DNA of 11,110 nucleotides, taken from NCBI GenBank assembly GCA_051745145.1, contig JBNJDT010000049.1, forward strand, positions 1 to 11,110, in the 5' to 3' direction. Source of the DNA: Elusimicrobiota bacterium (lineage in GTDB: Bacteria; CG03; SLGR01; JAGXOG01). Below the pieces are notes generated by a model. That model had not been told where the DNA came from, made no database searches, and saw only the letters and a list, made by a program, of their open reading frames with translations. How positions within the stretch are numbered: the stretch's first letter is position 1; each line of letters begins with the position of its first letter. Positions 1-7,462 of the stretch are shown here, in pieces. Made by a program: the position numbers and the translations under genes.

Positions 1-57
1 AGCTACGCAGTAGTTCCTTATTCTGACATGGGAACTAGTATTATCGGAAAATTTTAA
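1..57 (+). CDS. Possible C-terminal end of an upstream gene (SYAVVPYSDMGTSIIGKF*), resembling an outer-membrane beta-barrel (PorV/PorQ-like) C-terminus
   Basis: Frame 1 is open from base 1 to TAA at 55-57 and ends in Phe. YAVVPYSDMG recalls the YAFVPYGDLG motif I remember from such proteins. Only 18 codons are visible. Confidence 0.3.
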   Translation, partial: SYAVVPYSDMGTSIIGKF

Positions 58-102
58 ATCTTTATAGAAACCAGTGAAAGAAGAACTCCACCTGTCCCCA
101 GT

Positions 103-115
103 ACTTGTCACAAGT
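103..115. promoter_or_regulatory. Palindrome ACTTGT-C-ACAAGT, candidate operator upstream of the TA pair
   Basis: Perfect 6-bp inverted repeat with a 1-nt centre, ending 35 nt upstream of ATG 151. Type II TA operons are typically autorepressed at palindromes. Confidence 0.3.
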
Positions 116-150
116 GATCGGTACGATGAACCGGATTATAAATAGTTAAT

Positions 151-439
151 ATGCCCCTTAAAGGACACTAAAAGCTTAGACAGCAGAAATAGAGTAAATA
201 TTGGCAAAAAGTTAATTAAACATATAACAGAGGAATTTAATCAAGTAGACTCCTTTAAAATATTTTTAGGAGAAAATGGTGATATTTTATTGAGGCCTGC
301 TGCTAATATTCCAAGTAAAGAATTATGGTTATATGAGGATCAAAAAGCCTTGAACATGGTAAGAGAGGGTTTAAAAGAAGCAAAAGAGGGAAAAACTGAA
401 AAAGTTGAAGACTTGGATGAATATTTGGAAAAATTATGA
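151..439 (+). pseudogene. AbrB/MazE-like antitoxin, frameshifted near its start (pseudogene, sequencing error or programmed +1 frameshift)
   Basis: Frame 2 is open from 146 to TGA 437-439: LKDTKSLDSRNRVNIGKKLIKHITEEFNQVDSFKIFLGENGDILLRPAANIPSKELWLYEDQKALNMVREGLKEAKEGKTEKVEDLDEYLEKL. LDSRNRV and GDILLRP fit the swapped-hairpin fold, and the acidic tail is antitoxin-like. It overlaps the toxin start as ATGA. ATG 151 is in frame 1 (MPLKGH*); removing one C from CCCC 154-157 gives a 95-aa ORF. Confidence 0.7.
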
Positions 440-732
440 ATTTCGTTTTAAAAATTACACCAAGTGCCAAAGAACAATTAAAAGAATTAAAAAACGACAA
501 AGGGTTAAAAAAAAGGAAAAAAGCCGTAGACAAAGCCTTAAAGTTTCTTAAAAATAATCCAGGACATCCAAGTTTACAAACACATAAATATGAAACGTTG
601 GAAGGTCCTAAAGGAGAACCAGTATTTGAGGCATATGCCGAACAGAATACTCCAGCTGCTTATCATATATTTTTTTACTATGGATCCAACAAAAACGAAA
701 TTACAATAATTGCTATAACACCACATCCATAA
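436..732 (+). CDS. RelE/ParE-superfamily toxin-like protein (98 aa)
   Basis: Small basic protein with N-terminal LKITPSAKEQLKEL, central NPGHPSLQTHK, beta strands VFEAY and YHIFFYY, and C-terminal ITIIAITPHP. It lies directly downstream of, and coupled to, an antitoxin-like ORF. Confidence 0.75.
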   Translation: MNFVLKITPSAKEQLKELKNDKGLKKRKKAVDKALKFLKNNPGHPSLQTHKYETLEGPKGEPVFEAYAEQNTPAAYHIFFYYGSNKNEITIIAITPHP

Positions 733-737
733 AATTT

Positions 738-774
738 AAAAGTAAAAAGGGACGGTTGTCCCCTTTTACTTTTT
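738..774. terminator. Intrinsic terminator after the toxin gene, probably bidirectional
   Basis: AAAAGTAAAAAGGGAC-ggtt-GTCCCCTTTTACTTTT is a 16-bp inverted repeat with one mismatch and a GC core flanked by A- and T-tracts. It starts 5 nt after the stop codon. Confidence 0.8.
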
Positions 775-798
775 ACACACCCAAAATATAAAATTAAT

Positions 799-826
799 TT
801 GCAACTGTGTTTATATTAAATAAAAT
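799..826 (+). promoter_or_regulatory. Putative sigma70-type promoter for sORF-fxsA
   Basis: TTGCAA (799-804), 16-nt spacer, TAAAAT (821-826). The region is very AT-rich, so a chance match is possible. Confidence 0.4.
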
Positions 827-880
827 AGATAAGATAGTTTGGGGAATTTACAAAAATTATAATAAGGAGTTTTCATAAAA

Positions 881-940
881 ATGGTAAATCTAAATAATAT
901 TTTTCAGCAAATTTTTAAAAAATTAGAGGGACTGGATTGA
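881..940 (+). CDS. Putative 19-aa small ORF MVNLNNIFQQIFKKLEGLD overlapping the fxsA start
   Basis: SD-like TAAGGAG at 863-869 and ATG at 881. The stop TGA 938-940 overlaps the fxsA TTG 937-939 (TTGA). Confidence 0.4.
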   Translation: MVNLNNIFQQIFKKLEGLD

Positions 941-1341
941 GAAAACAGAGACCCCCTATTTTACTATATCTCATATTACTTTTTACGGTAATCCCCCTTA
1001 CCGAACTTGCTCTTTTAATAAAGATAGGGCAGTATATCGGTGTTTTTTATACTATACTTATAGTTCTAATTACCGGGGTTGTGGGAGCCAGTCTGGCCAG
1101 AGTCCAGGGGTTTTTAGTACTTAAAAAGATAAACCGTGAACTCAGCCAGGGAATAATGCCTTCGGATCATTTATTTGACGGAGCTCTCATACTTGTGGGG
1201 GGAGTAACGTTACTTACTCCCGGTTTTTTAACTGATTTTGCCGGTTTTATGGTACTCATACCCGCTACCCGGGATATAATAAAAAAATTAATCAAAAGAA
1301 AGGTGAAAAAACATATTAATTCAGGGTTTTATAGATATTAG
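937..1341 (+). CDS. fxsA: FxsA family membrane protein
   Basis: Motifs PLTELALLIKIG, LARVQG and GGVTLLTPGFLTD, with several hydrophobic segments and a basic C-terminal tail. TTG start. Confidence 0.9.
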   Translation: MRKQRPPILLYLILLFTVIPLTELALLIKIGQYIGVFYTILIVLITGVVGASLARVQGFLVLKKINRELSQGIMPSDHLFDGALILVGGVTLLTPGFLTDFAGFMVLIPATRDIIKKLIKRKVKKHINSGFYRY

Positions 1342-1380
1342 ACTGCCGGAAAAATCTGGGTAAAATTCCCACAGGACAGG

Positions 1381-1409
1381 TTGAAAAGTAGGCGGAAATT
1401 TGTTATAAG
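1381..1409 (+). promoter_or_regulatory. sigma70-type promoter of the rimP-nusA-infB operon
   Basis: TTGAAA (1381-1386), 17-nt spacer, TATAAG (1404-1409), with an extended -10 TG at 1401-1402. Confidence 0.7.
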
Positions 1410-1418
1410 TTTTTAATC

Positions 1419-1450
1419 AAGTGGCAAATAAATGATTTGCCACTTTTTTT
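1419..1450 (+). terminator. rimP-leader terminator/attenuator hairpin (may also terminate fxsA)
   Basis: AAGTGGCAAAT-aaatg-ATTTGCCACTT is a perfect 11-bp stem running into a T7 tract (1444-1450). It sits between the promoter and the rimP start. Confidence 0.8.
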
Positions 1451-1466
1451 ATTATTGGGAAAGATT

Positions 1467-1934
1467 ATGAGCATTACAAAAGAACTTACGGAAATAGTTA
1501 AAGAAGTTACTGAAGACGCCGGATATGAATTCGTGGATCTAAAATACGGCAAGCGGGGGCAGAGATGGTTTTTACAGGTATTTGCCGATAAAGAAGGGGG
1601 GATTGTACTTTACGACTGTGAAAAACTGTCTAAAAAATTAGCCTATGAACTGGACCGACATCCGGATTTGTTAAAACATTCATACAGACTGGAAGTTTCT
1701 TCGCCCGGACTGGACAGACCGCTAAAAACGGAGAAGGATTTTAACAAGTTTAAAGGAAAGTCAGCTAAATTTAATTTTTACGGTCCGTTTGAAGAGCAAA
1801 GAAGCTGGACCGGAAAAATTATTGAGGCTAAAAACGGAAAAGTAACATTTGAGGATAAGGAAGGGCAAAAAAGAGTAGCGGATATAGAAAAAATTGCAAA
1901 AGCAAAATTGGAAGTTAACATAAATGGAATCTAA
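1467..1934 (+). CDS. rimP: Ribosome maturation factor RimP
   Basis: Hallmark YRLEVSSPGLDRPL, also DCEKLS, upstream of nusA. I placed the start at ATG 1467 (MSITKEL) because the track's TTG 1437 lies inside the terminator stem. Confidence 0.95.
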   Translation: MSITKELTEIVKEVTEDAGYEFVDLKYGKRGQRWFLQVFADKEGGIVLYDCEKLSKKLAYELDRHPDLLKHSYRLEVSSPGLDRPLKTEKDFNKFKGKSAKFNFYGPFEEQRSWTGKIIEAKNGKVTFEDKEGQKRVADIEKIAKAKLEVNINGI

Positions 1935-3210
1935 TTTAAAACCAGTTTTAGAACAGATAGAAAGAGAGAAAGGCATCCCCAAGGAAGAGGTGAAATATAT
2001 GCTGGAGACGGCTTTAAAGTCGGCCTTTAAAAAACACGCTCAGGAAAAAGACGTGGAATACAGCGCTAAAGTAAATCCGGAAACCGGGGATATAAAAGTT
2101 TATGCCGAAAAGGAAGTAGTTGAAAAAGTAGACAATCCCGGAAAAGAAATAAATAAGATGGGGGCCTTAAAAATTGATCCCGCAGTTAAACCGGGGGATA
2201 AAGTAAAAGTTGAAGTACCTGCCGATAAGTTTGGCAGGATTGCAGCTCAAACAGCCCGGCAGATTATAATTCAGAAAATGAGGGAGAATGAACGGGATAG
2301 CATATACCAGGAATTTAAAAAGAAAGAGGGCCAGATAGTATCGGGAACTATATACCGTTTTACTAAAAAATCTTGCATATTAGAGGTGGGCCGGACCCAG
2401 GCTATATTGCCCAAATGGGAACAGATAAAAAGAGAAACTTTAAAACGCGGGGATAATTTAAGAGTATATGTGATTGAAGTTAAAAAAGCTGCTAAAGGTC
2501 CGAAGATATTTGTCTCCAGGACTCATCCCGGACTTGTGGCCAGGCTTTTCCGTCTGGAAGTGCCGGAAATTGCTGAAGGAGTAGTGGAAATAGAGAGAAT
2601 AGTAAGAAATCCCGGAATACGCTGTAAAGTAGCGGTAAAAAGCAATAACGAAAGAGTGGATCCCATAGGAGCCTGTGTGGGAATTAACGGGGTAAGAGTG
2701 CAGTCGGTTATAAACGAACTGCACGGTGAAAGAATGGATTTAATAAAATACTCTGAGGATGAACGGGAGTATTTAAAAAGTTCTCTCAGCCCGGCGCAGG
2801 TCAGCGATGTTATTATTTTAGATGAGGATAAGAGGGAAGCACGCCTGGTAGTTGAAGATGATATGCTGTCTTTATCTATAGGTAGAAATGGACAGAATGT
2901 CCGGCTGGCCGCCAGGCTTACAAACTGGCACCTGGATATACAGTCAAAAACCCAGATGAAAGAGCTGGCCAAAAAACAGATGGAAAGTGAAGAAGAAGAA
3001 GAAGAAGATAAAGAGGAAAAAACTGCGGAAGGTATCTCTCAGCTGGATGGGGTGGGGCCAAAGACCGCCGGACTTTTAAAAGAGGCCGGTTATGAAACCA
3101 GCGAGGCTGTGGCAGAAGCCAAAGAAAAGGATTTAGAGGAAATCCCTGGAATAGGGAAGAAGACGGCACAGAAAATTTTAGAATCAGCGCGGGAACAGAT
3201 AAATGAGTGA
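1924..3210 (+). CDS. nusA: Transcription termination/antitermination factor NusA with acidic linker and C-terminal HhH domain
   Basis: Motifs FGRIAAQTARQII, VSRTHPGLV, LEVPEI, DPIGACVG and IGRNGQNVRLAARLT. The C-terminus carries HhH motifs LDGVGPKTA and IPGIGKKTA. Confidence 0.98.
   Translation: MESNLKPVLEQIEREKGIPKEEVKYMLETALKSAFKKHAQEKDVEYSAKVNPETGDIKVYAEKEVVEKVDNPGKEINKMGALKIDPAVKPGDKVKVEVPADKFGRIAAQTARQIIIQKMRENERDSIYQEFKKKEGQIVSGTIYRFTKKSCILEVGRTQAILPKWEQIKRETLKRGDNLRVYVIEVKKAAKGPKIFVSRTHPGLVARLFRLEVPEIAEGVVEIERIVRNPGIRCKVAVKSNNERVDPIGACVGINGVRVQSVINELHGERMDLIKYSEDEREYLKSSLSPAQVSDVIILDEDKREARLVVEDDMLSLSIGRNGQNVRLAARLTNWHLDIQSKTQMKELAKKQMESEEEEEEDKEEKTAEGISQLDGVGPKTAGLLKEAGYETSEAVAEAKEKDLEEIPGIGKKTAQKILESAREQINE
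2989..3006 (+). repeat. (GAA)6 trinucleotide run encoding a poly-Glu linker in NusA
   Basis: Six tandem GAA codons, in frame. Confidence 0.8.
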
Positions 3211-5203
3211 TAAGATAAGAATATATAAACTGGCTAAAGACCTGGATTTAGATTATAAAGATATTTTAAAAGAGGCTAAGGATCTGGGTATAGAGGCAAA
3301 GTCTCATGCTTCTACGGTTACACCGGATGAAGCGGAAATTATTTCTGAAAGTTTAAAAGAACAGGAAATAGTTGAAGATGAGGAAAAAGAAACTCAGGAT
3401 TCTTCAGAAGAACAAGAACCTGAAGAAGAAACCGCTGATAAGCAGGAACAGGATTTTGACGGGGAAATTCTTAATATTAAACCCGGTATTACAACTGAGG
3501 AGCTGGCTGAACAGATAAGTATGGATGTGGATGAACTAATAGAAAAATACGGTGAAAAAGAGATAGTGATAACCGCAAGTCAGAGAGTTAATCCCAAAGA
3601 TGCTAAAAAAGTACTTAAAGATTTGGGTTACCGGGTTCAGGTAGAAGAATTTGCCGGCTCGGGTGAAGACATTGAGAGAACTAATTATAAGCCCAGGGCG
3701 CCGGTAGTGACGGTCATGGGCCATGTGGATCACGGAAAAACCCAGCTTTTGGATACCATAAGAAATACCAAGGTCGTGGCCGGTGAAAGAGGGGGGATAA
3801 CCCAGCATATTGGGGCATCTAAAGTAAAAGTAGATGATAAAGGGGAGATCGTTTTTATAGATACTCCCGGACACGAAGCCTTTACGGCTATGAGAGCGAG
3901 GGGGGCCCAGATAACCGATTTAGTAATTTTGGTCATAGCCGGAGATGACGGAGTTATGCCCCAGACTGTAGAAGCCATAAATCATGCCCGGGCGGCCGGA
4001 GTGCCCATGATTATAGCTATAAATAAAAAAGATTTACCCGCGTATAATGCCGAAAATGTCAAAACACAGTTATCTCAACACAATGTTTTAACCGAAGACT
4101 GGGGCGGAGATATCATAGCGGTTGAAATTTCCGCCATAGAGAATGAGAATATAGATGAACTTCTGGAAATGGTTCTGCTTCAGGCTGAAATGCTTGAACT
4201 TACAGCTCCGGTTGACGGACCCGCACGGGGTCTGGTAATAGAATCAGAACTGGATAAAAGGATGGGCCCTACGGGAACAGTTTTAGTTACCGAGGGCACT
4301 CTCCGGACAAAAGACGCTTTTATATGCGGTTCTTCCCCGGGTAAAATAAAAGCTATGACTGATTCTTCGGGGCAGAGGGTAAAAGAAGCGCCTCCTTCTA
4401 CACCTGTTAAGATACTGGGATTTGACGAATTTCCAAACACCGGGGACACTTTTGAAGTAGTGGAAGACAGAACTGTGGCCCGCAAGCTGGCTGAAGAAAG
4501 AAAAGAACTGTTGGAAAAAGGGAAAAGAACCGAAAAAGAAGGTTTTACTCTCGAAGATTTCCAAAAACAGGTAATGGCCGACGAAACTAAAGAGTTAAAA
4601 CTGGTACTTAAGGCGGATGTTTCCGGATCTCTGGAAGCTATAAAAGATGCTGTACGGAAACTGGAGACCGATGAAGTATCCCTGGATATTATTCATGCAA
4701 GTGTAGGGGGGGTAACTAAAAAGGATATCATGCTGGCTTCTGCTTCGGATGCTGTTATAATGGGATTCAATATAAGCGCCAGCGGCTCAATTAAAAAAGA
4801 AGCAGAAAGAGAAGGGATTCAGATAAGAACTTACAGGGTTATTTATGAAATAATAGAGGATATTAAAAAAGCCCTCGAAGGTTTACTTGAACCCGAAGAA
4901 AAAGAAGTTACTCTGGGCCGGGCCCAGGTTAAGAAAATTTTTAATATTTCCGGAGTGGGGACTATAGCCGGGTGCAAGGTCATCAGCGGTGTAATTAAAA
5001 GAAGCGGTTCTATCCGGGTATTGCGCGATTCGCGCATAGTTTATGAAGGTGAGCTGGAATCGTTAAAAAGATTTCAGGATGATGTATCAGAAGTAGACGA
5101 AGGTTATGAATGCGGTATGAGTGTGGAAAATTTTAATGATATTAAAACCGGCGATATCCTGGAAAGTTTTGAGATAAGAACCAGAAAAAGGACCCTTTCC
5201 TAA
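3203..5203 (+). CDS. infB: Translation initiation factor IF-2 (compact, 666 aa)
   Basis: N-terminal [11 protein letters not shown]-domain [31 protein letters not shown] and [15 protein letters not shown]-terminal SLKRF and GYECG. Confidence 0.99.
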   Translation: MSDKIRIYKLAKDLDLDYKDILKEAKDLGIEAKSHASTVTPDEAEIISESLKEQEIVEDEEKETQDSSEEQEPEEETADKQEQDFDGEILNIKPGITTEELAEQISMDVDELIEKYGEKEIVITASQRVNPKDAKKVLKDLGYRVQVEEFAGSGEDIERTNYKPRAPVVTVMGHVDHGKTQLLDTIRNTKVVAGERGGITQHIGASKVKVDDKGEIVFIDTPGHEAFTAMRARGAQITDLVILVIAGDDGVMPQTVEAINHARAAGVPMIIAINKKDLPAYNAENVKTQLSQHNVLTEDWGGDIIAVEISAIENENIDELLEMVLLQAEMLELTAPVDGPARGLVIESELDKRMGPTGTVLVTEGTLRTKDAFICGSSPGKIKAMTDSSGQRVKEAPPSTPVKILGFDEFPNTGDTFEVVEDRTVARKLAEERKELLEKGKRTEKEGFTLEDFQKQVMADETKELKLVLKADVSGSLEAIKDAVRKLETDEVSLDIIHASVGGVTKKDIMLASASDAVIMGFNISASGSIKKEAEREGIQIRTYRVIYEIIEDIKKALEGLLEPEEKEVTLGRAQVKKIFNISGVGTIAGCKVISGVIKRSGSIRVLRDSRIVYEGELESLKRFQDDVSEVDEGYECGMSVENFNDIKTGDILESFEIRTRKRTLS

Positions 5204-5221
5204 GCCAGGTGGCTGGAAAAT

Positions 5222-5572
5222 ATGAAACAGACCAGAAGAACTCAACAGGTTTCCGGACTTATAAGAAAACATTTATCCTCTATAATTATTGAGGAAATTA
5301 AAGATCCTAACTTCGGGATAGTAACTATAACTTCCGTGCGGGTATCTACTGATTTAAGAGTAGCCAATGTGAAATTTTCAATTATTGGCGGCAAAAAACG
5401 CCTGGATAAACAGATAAATATAATTAAACGCATGGGGAAGTCTTTAAGGGGATACCTGGCCAAGCGCATAGAACTTAAATACATACCCGCCTTAAATATG
5501 CAGTACGATAAGACTCCTCAAAAGGCACAGGAAATAGAGAAAGTAATAAAGAAAATTGAGGAAACAGAATGA
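5222..5572 (+). CDS. rbfA: Ribosome-binding factor A
   Basis: Motifs IKDP, VTITSVRVSTDLRVA and LKYIPALNMQYD. Expected size and position after infB. Confidence 0.93.
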   Translation: MKQTRRTQQVSGLIRKHLSSIIIEEIKDPNFGIVTITSVRVSTDLRVANVKFSIIGGKKRLDKQINIIKRMGKSLRGYLAKRIELKYIPALNMQYDKTPQKAQEIEKVIKKIEETE

Positions 5573-6597
5573 TTAATGTGGATATACCTCAAAAAGATTT
5601 TTCAATAATAGATGACATACTTAAAGAAATCAAAAGAGCAGAGACCGCATTTATAACCTGCCATGCCCGTCCGGACGGGGATGCTTTAGGCAGCACGTTA
5701 ATGCTTTATGAAGTTCTCACGGCTTTAGGGGTGGATGCTGAAATGGTCAGTCCCAGTCCTCCGCCGGAGACTTATTCGTTTTTAAAACATGTAGATAAAA
5801 TAATAACAGAAGTACCCGATGATGACAAAGATATAGGTTTTATCCTGGATTCTTCGGATACAAAAAGACTGGAAGGGGTAAGTGAATTACTTAACCGCAC
5901 GGATACTATTATAAATATAGATCACCATAAATTAAATGAAGAGTTCGGGAAATTAAATTATGTCCGCCCCAACTATGCTTCTGTTTGCGAACAGGTCATG
6001 TATTTAGCTATGAGGGGCGGGGTAGAAATAAATAAAGATATGGCCGTGAATGTCTATATAGGTATTTTGACGGATACCGACAGATTTCAGGAGCAAAACA
6101 CAACTGCTCAAAGTCATAAAATAGCAGCTGATTTAATTGAAAAATTCATTAATCCGGTAGAAATTTCTACCCTTGTTTACGGAAACTGTTCGGCTAATAA
6201 AATGAAACTTATTGCCAGAACTCTGGATACCTTAAAATTTGCCGCTTCCGGCAAGATAGGGTATATCACAATTACCCCTCAGGTACTGGAAAAGACAGGT
6301 ACGTCAAACGAAAATGTCGAGGGTATTATAAACTACGCCCGCAATGTCAAGGGAGTGGAAGTCGGTATTTTATTCCGGAAGATCCCCGGACTTGACGGAG
6401 TAAAAGTCTCCTTCCGTTCAAACGGTAAGATAGATGTGGGCTCTGTAGCGGTTGAATTCGGAGGCGGGGGGCATCACAATGCTTCAGGCTGTCTGTTTAA
6501 AGGTACGTTTGAACAGGCCCATAAACAGATTATAGGGGCCGTAGAGCGGGAGATTAAAAAATTGGAACCGGTTAATGACACAAAGCAGTACGGTTGA
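5569..6597 (+). CDS. nrnA: DHH/DHHA1 phosphoesterase, NrnA-type nanoRNase/pAp phosphatase
   Basis: Motifs HARPDGDALGS, ILDSS, IDHH, LTDT, SFRS and GGGGHHNASG. Typical position between rbfA and truB. Confidence 0.9.
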   Translation: MINVDIPQKDFSIIDDILKEIKRAETAFITCHARPDGDALGSTLMLYEVLTALGVDAEMVSPSPPPETYSFLKHVDKIITEVPDDDKDIGFILDSSDTKRLEGVSELLNRTDTIINIDHHKLNEEFGKLNYVRPNYASVCEQVMYLAMRGGVEINKDMAVNVYIGILTDTDRFQEQNTTAQSHKIAADLIEKFINPVEISTLVYGNCSANKMKLIARTLDTLKFAASGKIGYITITPQVLEKTGTSNENVEGIINYARNVKGVEVGILFRKIPGLDGVKVSFRSNGKIDVGSVAVEFGGGGHHNASGCLFKGTFEQAHKQIIGAVEREIKKLEPVNDTKQYG

Positions 6598-7462
6598 CGG
6601 GTTCGTAAACACTGATAAACCCCGGGGGTGGACATCTTTCCAGACAGTAAAAAAAGTTAAGTCTCTTTCCGGTTCCCGAAAAGCAGGTCATGCGGGTACC
6701 CTGGATCCTGCCGCCGGCGGCGTTTTAATAATACTTTTAGGGGAAGCCTGCAAAACATCTCAAATTTTTAATTCTGTAAATAAAGAATACAGGGCCGTGA
6801 TAAAATTGGGTTACAGCTCCAGTACTCTGGACGGAGAGGGAGAGATTACTAAAAGCAAACAAGTAACAGTTGAGCCCGGTAAAGCAAAGAAAATCGTGCA
6901 GGATTTTAAAGGCAAATATGTACACAGAGTCCCGGATTATTCGGCAAAGAAACACAGGGGAAGAACTTTCTATGATATTAAAAGATCCGGTGGCACTCCT
7001 CCAGAAAGAAAACAGAATTCTGAAATACTGGATATTAAATTTCTGGGTTCAACCGATGATGAGATCAAAATATCCGTAAAATGTACTTCGGGTACGTATA
7101 TAAGAACTCTGGCCTCGGATATTGCCCGAAAGTTTGATACCCTCGGATACCTTAAAAAATTAACCAGAACCGGTGTGGGAAGTTTTAAACTTAAAGATTC
7201 TGTTTCCCCCGCTGAAGAAACCTGGAAAAAAGGATTTACTGAAATGGATGAGGGGATGAAATTGATGGAACACGTGGTAATAAATAATACAGCTGCAAAA
7301 AAAGTGGAAAACGGCGTAAATTTTTCACGCAGTGATATTATTGAGAACAAAATGAGTGCGGAAGAAAATATATTCGGGGTTTTTTCCGAAGAGTATAGAT
7401 TAAAAGCCCTGGCCGAAAAAGTTAATGAAAAATATAATTTAAAGAGAGTTTTTAACCGGTGA
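6575..7462 (+). CDS. truB: tRNA pseudouridine(55) synthase TruB
   Basis: Motifs DKPRGWTS, catalytic GHAGTLDP, YSAKK, GTYIRTLA and LTRT. Confidence 0.95.
   Translation: MTQSSTVDGFVNTDKPRGWTSFQTVKKVKSLSGSRKAGHAGTLDPAAGGVLIILLGEACKTSQIFNSVNKEYRAVIKLGYSSSTLDGEGEITKSKQVTVEPGKAKKIVQDFKGKYVHRVPDYSAKKHRGRTFYDIKRSGGTPPERKQNSEILDIKFLGSTDDEIKISVKCTSGTYIRTLASDIARKFDTLGYLKKLTRTGVGSFKLKDSVSPAEETWKKGFTEMDEGMKLMEHVVINNTAAKKVENGVNFSRSDIIENKMSAEENIFGVFSEEYRLKALAEKVNEKYNLKRVFNR

Noticed and set aside
11..37. Inverted repeat TAGTTCC...GGAACTA
   Set aside because: 7-bp stem with a 13-nt loop and no U-tract, probably inside coding sequence. Not enough for a terminator or RNA call.
303..533. Minus-strand 76-aa ORF
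   Set aside because: Antisense shadow of the A-rich TA genes, with Phe/Leu-rich composition and no motif.
1437..1466. Track start of rimP at TTG 1437
   Set aside because: It lies within the terminator stem and has no SD. ATG 1467 gives a typical RimP length.
1761..5484. Numerous minus-strand ORFs of 61-149 aa opposite rimP, nusA, infB and rbfA
   Set aside because: They overlap conserved essential genes, as expected for antisense frames, and show no recognisable domains.
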